A stretch of DNA of 64,000 nt from an uncultured Clostridia bacterium (GTDB lineage Bacteria > Bacillota > Clostridia > Oscillospirales > CAG-272). Where the stretch lies: NCBI GenBank assembly GCA_947631245.1, contig CANRKP010000004.1, positions 6,147-70,146 of the forward strand. Reading direction: 5' to 3'. A model generated the notes under the pieces. That model saw only the letters and a list, made by a program, of their open reading frames with translations, was not told where the DNA came from and made no database searches. This document shows positions 59,723 to 64,000 of this stretch, one piece after another (the first letter of the stretch is position 1; each line of letters begins with the position of its first letter). The position numbers were made by a program, and so were the translations under genes.

Positions 59723-60635
59723 CGCGCCGAAGCTCATAATTCCGAGACAGCAGATAAGGGAGTACAATTCAAAGACCGCCGAGCTCGTCTCGCTTTACCT
59801 CAATCTCTCGCCAGACGCTGTAAAGCCCGAGACTGTCATCGAGCTTTCGGAAGAATGCGGCTTCAGCCGAGAACGCGCGTTTGCGGAGATACTTGCCGTG
59901 ATCTGCGGACTCGATGCGGCGGGAGCCGACAAGGCGCTTTTCAGGAATTATTTCATCCCGATGGTGCATGAGCTCGACACCGCGGAGTTTGAGGCGGACG
60001 CGTACTATAAAAATATAAAGATAAAAGAAAAAAAGCTCGGAAAATGGGAGCTTTCAAACGGATGTATTTCGCCATGCGAGGCGTTTGTATGCCGCGATTT
60101 TGTCGTTACCGAAAGGGGCGAGCTCATACCGCAGCTCGGATTTTTCATGAAGAGCTTTTCATATCCCGCCGTACTCGAGGGCGGCAGGGAATGGATGACG
60201 CTCATGCCGAACGAGACCGTGACGACGCTGCCCGCCGTCAGGTGCTCACACGGGCGCGTGCTCACATACGGCCTAGGTCTCGGGTACTTCGCTTATATGT
60301 GTTCCGAAAAGGAAAACGTCGCCTCCGTGACCGTCGTCGAGCGGTCGGAGGAAGCGGCGGAGCTGTTCCGCACCGTGATACTCCCGCAGTTTTCACATCC
60401 GGAAAAGGTGGAGCTCATAATAGGCGACGCCGTGGAGTTTGCGGAGAGGCGCGCGCCCGCCGGGGGGTTTGATTTCATCTTTGCCGACATTTGGCACGAT
60501 GTCGGAGACGGGCGCGGCCTTTACCGCAAATTCAAGTCGCTCGAAGATGCGTACCCGCCGTCGACGGAGTTCTCGTATTGGCTCGAGGACACTATTCTTT
60601 GTTACGAGAGAGAAGAGCTTTGGGCTCACGGCTGA
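59706..60635 (+). CDS. Hypothetical SAM-binding protein (spermidine synthase-like fold)
   Basis: WMTLMPNE, VLTYGLGLGY, VTVVE, GDA, FADIW. Confidence 0.65.
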   Translation: MPAVADAPKLIIPRQQIREYNSKTAELVSLYLNLSPDAVKPETVIELSEECGFSRERAFAEILAVICGLDAAGADKALFRNYFIPMVHELDTAEFEADAYYKNIKIKEKKLGKWELSNGCISPCEAFVCRDFVVTERGELIPQLGFFMKSFSYPAVLEGGREWMTLMPNETVTTLPAVRCSHGRVLTYGLGLGYFAYMCSEKENVASVTVVERSEEAAELFRTVILPQFSHPEKVELIIGDAVEFAERRAPAGGFDFIFADIWHDVGDGRGLYRKFKSLEDAYPPSTEFSYWLEDTILCYEREELWAHG

Positions 60636-60879
60636 TGTGAGCCGCGAGCGCTTTCATCACGCGCTCCGCGTCGCCGGACGGGATCGTCACCGTAAGCTCT
60701 ATCTCGGACACCTCGGCAGATGAGGCAAAGCTCCCGCAGTCGAGAATGACGCGGAGCAGCATCGGAAGCGCGCCGCGCATTCCGTATCCGAGAATACTGA
60801 CGGGAACGAAGCCGGGCACGTCCTTTTGACGCGCCGGGCGTATCAGCACGGCGTCTATAATATATTTCTCGCTTTTCAT
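60592..60879 (-). CDS. Small ACT-like domain protein
   Basis: VSILGYGMRG..SEIELTV resembles aspartokinase ACT; downstream of hom. Confidence 0.45.
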   Translation of the reverse strand: MKSEKYIIDAVLIRPARQKDVPGFVPVSILGYGMRGALPMLLRVILDCGSFASSAEVSEIELTVTIPSGDAERVMKALAAHISREPKALLSRNKE

Positions 60880-61031
60880 TTCATTTTGGAGTGCCTGTTT
60901 TTTGCTCAGTCCTAAAAATTCATACCGCCCCGGTTTTTGCCGGGGCGGTCGCAGTTTTCCGATATCGTACCGCTGACGCCCGGCGACAGCGGCGGGTAGC
61001 TCCGGCTTTTTGTCGGCAGGAACACCTGCTT

Positions 61032-62222
61032 TTATATTATGCGGTAAACGGATATCTGTGAATTTTCCTTTGTGAGGCGTTCGACATCGCCGTGTTTGCA
61101 CGGCGGGAGGATGAACGCGGTCGTGTCGCCGCCTGTGACGCAAAATTCGGGCTCGGAGAACTTTGTGACTTCGGCGGAAAAAACGGTCGGAACGGTGACG
61201 AAGTGGCGGCAGACGTGCTCGGTGTAGGGGAGGAGCAGGTCATCTCCGTCCTTTTTGAACGGGCGGCAGCGGCGCGCCGTGCCTGACGCGACGGCAACGA
61301 TGTCGGCGATAATGCTGCCGGCGGTCGGATATTTTCCGGCGCCCTGTCCGAAGAACATAAGCGTCCCTGAGCGCGAGCAGTCGAGAAGGATGCCGTTGTA
61401 GACGTCGGAGATGTACGCGAGAGGCGAGGAATGCGGGACGAAGCAGGGCGCGGCGAATATGTCTACCATGCCGTCCTCGGTCGGGGCGGCGTGAGCTATG
61501 AGCTTTATCGTGCCGCCGAACTCGGACGCAAGCGATATCGTGTCGGGCGTGACGCCTCGTATCGACTCGGCGCGCACGCGCGACGGGTCATGCAGCTTGC
61601 CCGATGCGAGCGCCGCGAGGATCGTTATTTTTCTCTGCGAGTCTATTGCGTCGACGTCGGCGGACGGGTCGCGCTCTGCGTACCCCAAGCGCTGCGCTTC
61701 CGCCAGCGCGTCCTCAAACGGGACGCCTTCCGATACTTTTGTAAGAATATAGTTCGTTGTTCCGTTTACGATGCCGTTTACGGCGTTGATCTGTTCTGAC
61801 GCAAGGGAGTCCGTTATCGGACGGATAAGGGGGATGCCTCCGCCGACCGAAGCCTCAAAGAGATAGAAAACGCCGTGCGCCTCCGCCTCCGCGAGAAACT
61901 CGTCTCCGAAATTGGATACGACCTCTTTGTTTGAGGTGACGACGTGCTTTCCGGCGCAAAGCGCCGCCAGGGTGTATTCGCGTGCCGGATGGGAGCCGCC
62001 CATAGTCTCGGCGACAAGCTCGACCTCCGGGTCGTTTATGATGGTATCTATCGAATGGACGACCTTGTCTTCGAGCGGATGACCGGGAAAATCCCTCAGG
62101 TCGAGGATGTACTTTATATCGACGGGCTGACCGCTTGCCGCGGTTATTTCGGCTCTGTCGCGGATGAGCTCGTCCGCGACGCCTCCGCCTATATTTCCCA
62201 TCCCGAGTATGGCTATTTTCAT
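61032..62222 (-). CDS. hom: Homoserine dehydrogenase
   Basis: GMGNIG, VVTSNK, EASVGGGIP, NGTTNYIL, GYAERDP, GAGKYPT. Confidence 0.94.
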   Translation of the reverse strand: MKIAILGMGNIGGGVADELIRDRAEITAASGQPVDIKYILDLRDFPGHPLEDKVVHSIDTIINDPEVELVAETMGGSHPAREYTLAALCAGKHVVTSNKEVVSNFGDEFLAEAEAHGVFYLFEASVGGGIPLIRPITDSLASEQINAVNGIVNGTTNYILTKVSEGVPFEDALAEAQRLGYAERDPSADVDAIDSQRKITILAALASGKLHDPSRVRAESIRGVTPDTISLASEFGGTIKLIAHAAPTEDGMVDIFAAPCFVPHSSPLAYISDVYNGILLDCSRSGTLMFFGQGAGKYPTAGSIIADIVAVASGTARRCRPFKKDGDDLLLPYTEHVCRHFVTVPTVFSAEVTKFSEPEFCVTGGDTTAFILPPCKHGDVERLTKENSQISVYRII

Positions 62223-62779
62223 CTTTGTGCTCCTTTTTCGTCGAGGTATTTGCTTAATAATGAATATAATGTTTTGTCGGGCTCAAAGGAAATGACGGCA
62301 AGTCCGCCGTCCGCCTCGAGCACGATGCGGCAGTATTCCGCGGGGCACATAGTCGCTCGGAAATCATACCGCGACGCGGCGCCGTATCCTGTGACCTCCG
62401 CGTTGTGCGGGTCCTTGTGGGTGCAGGGGATAAGAGCCTTTATCCCGCAGAGATCGGCCTTCGCAAGCGTTGTCTTGCGCTTGCCCTGAACGCGGTATAC
62501 GACGAGCGAGACGCCCGTCACCTCTCCGCTGTTTTTGTTTTCCGACGGTATCACCCCGTAGATGTAATATACCCATGTGTAGCGCTGGTTTATATAGATG
62601 CCCGCGACGAGGCAGACGAGCGCGAGAAACTGGAGTATAGGGACGAACCTGACGCCTTTGACAAAGATGGGGTAGAGGTAAAGAAAAGCGGCGGAAATAT
62701 AGCAGACGACGGAAAAGACGATGTCAGTTTTGTTTGCCCGTGCAGCCCTGTACGTGTAGTCAAAGTCCGAGTTGCTCAT
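62219..62779 (-). CDS. Hypothetical membrane protein
   Basis: Two N-terminal TMs; ATGA overlaps with both neighbours. Confidence 0.7.
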   Translation of the reverse strand: MSNSDFDYTYRAARANKTDIVFSVVCYISAAFLYLYPIFVKGVRFVPILQFLALVCLVAGIYINQRYTWVYYIYGVIPSENKNSGEVTGVSLVVYRVQGKRKTTLAKADLCGIKALIPCTHKDPHNAEVTGYGAASRYDFRATMCPAEYCRIVLEADGGLAVISFEPDKTLYSLLSKYLDEKGAQR

Positions 62780-63555
62780 GACAGCCCTTTCTTTTCACTG
62801 CCGGAGAGGGAATATTCCTCTCGGCTGCGCTCCGTGCTGTATACCCTCATCCTGCCGAGCACCATCGAATAGTCGGGCGTGCCGCCGTAGGAGGGATATA
62901 TTTCAAGATAGTAGTCGACGTTGTCCTCGGGCAGCCCGTCAAACGTCAGCTTGTGGTATACGTAAAGAATGCGCGTCAGCCTCTCCGCGTCGTTTGGAGT
63001 GTATGTGTGCCCCTCGTCGTCTGTCAGGCGGAAGGCGAAGAAATCGCCGTTTCGCATCTCGCCCTCGGAATATGTGACGGTCGAGGCAACCTGGCGCTTT
63101 ATTACCTCGGCGGATAAGGACGGTACTCCGAACCGCCCCGCCTCGAAGAGCGCGTCCGCGAGCATGTTGCCCTCGGGCGTGCCGTTTATGACTGTGTCTG
63201 CGGTGCGTACGTTATATCTGACGGATACCTGAAGCTCGCCTGCTGACGGGCAGAAGAAGAGCCCCGTCGCGTAATAGACGCCGTCCTGAGTATACATATC
63301 GTATACGGACTGCGTGTATATTTCAAGCTCGTCGCCCTTTTCGGCGTAAGCGGCGCGCAGCGCGTCCGTCAGCTTCAGGTTTTTTACGGCCTTCGGGTCC
63401 TCCGCCATGCAGACGCGGAATATGATGGCGCAGTTCACGAGAAGAATCATGATATAGAAGATTATGCGGACCACGGTGCCGGCTCGGGACGGATGATGTT
63501 CTTCAGTTACTTCGTATTCCTCGAAGTCGTCTATAAAGCGCTTTTTTTCCGCCAT
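62776..63555 (-). CDS. Hypothetical single-TM protein
   Basis: MAEKKRFIDD..., TM segment, coupled to downstream gene. Confidence 0.7.
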   Translation of the reverse strand: MAEKKRFIDDFEEYEVTEEHHPSRAGTVVRIIFYIMILLVNCAIIFRVCMAEDPKAVKNLKLTDALRAAYAEKGDELEIYTQSVYDMYTQDGVYYATGLFFCPSAGELQVSVRYNVRTADTVINGTPEGNMLADALFEAGRFGVPSLSAEVIKRQVASTVTYSEGEMRNGDFFAFRLTDDEGHTYTPNDAERLTRILYVYHKLTFDGLPEDNVDYYLEIYPSYGGTPDYSMVLGRMRVYSTERSREEYSLSGSEKKGLS

Positions 63556-63695
63556 GACAGCAGGACCTTTGCAAAAATTCAGTATACAAAGACAGTATAC
63601 CACAAACCGCAGACTAAAATCAAGTGTGTAAAGCAAAGAGAACGAAAAAAGGCGAAAAAAGCGTTCCTTAGCGGCGGGACGGCGCCTGCCGCGTG

Positions 63696-63724
63696 TTGAC
63701 ATGACGCCCTAACTGTGATATAAT
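63696..63724 (+). promoter_or_regulatory. Sigma-A promoter of proS
   Basis: TTGACA-17-TATAAT with TG. Confidence 0.85.
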
Positions 63725-63775
63725 CTATTGAAAATTACGACAAAAATCAGCCTTGATTGGGGGTCATAAAAGAAT

Positions 63776-64000
63776 ATGGGCAACGATAAAAAAATGGTGT
63801 CCGCCGTAACTTCGATGGAGGAGGACTTTGCCCGCTGGTATACGGACATATGCATGAAGGCGGAGCTCATCGACTATTCGAGCGTCCGCGGCTGCATGAT
63901 AATCCGTCCTTACGGTTACGCCATTTGGGAGAATATACAGAAGATACTCGACGCGAAATTCAAGGCGACGGGACACGAGAATGTCTATATGCCGATGTTC
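63776..64000 (+). CDS. proS: Prolyl-tRNA synthetase (archaeal/eukaryote-like type), 3'-truncated by window edge
   Basis: Manual translation: [40 protein letters not shown]...GHENVYMP. Confidence 0.93.
   Translation, partial: MGNDKKMVSAVTSMEEDFARWYTDICMKAELIDYSSVRGCMIIRPYGYAIWENIQKILDAKFKATGHENVYMPMF

Noticed and set aside
63725-63775. T-box upstream of proS
   Set aside because: Leader is only ~45 nt from a consensus promoter and has no T-box motif.

Overview
GC-rich chromosomal window from a spore-forming Bacillota/Clostridia organism (spoIIGA-sigE, polC, rpsB-tsf-pyrH-frr-uppS-cdsA-dxr-rseP-ispG-polC, dgt-dnaG-rpoD, Thr/Ser biosynthesis). Most of it is housekeeping. The standout is a ~1.5 kb cassette (21386-22898) bounded by perfect 25-bp inverted repeats that resemble tyrosine-recombinase core sites. 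It carries its own intact integrase, periodic GACTG(C) arm-type repeats, and a near-consensus outward-facing sigma-A promoter. As assembled, that promoter runs into two terminators (OFF); flipped, it would read into an HU/IHF-like gene (interrupted here) and a downstream ORF. This looks like a self-inverting phase-variation switch. Other points of interest: a lambda-like divergent XRE/S24 repressor switch with visible operators and no phage around it, an unassigned attenuator upstream of an ECF S-component, an AT-richer variable patch after polC (broken ORFs, Nudix, TM-HNH), a putative SAH-deaminase/SIH-hydrolase pair, and a pro-sigmaE with a very long basic N-terminus. No rRNA, tRNA or CRISPR array was seen. 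All calls come from reading the sequence; no searches were run.
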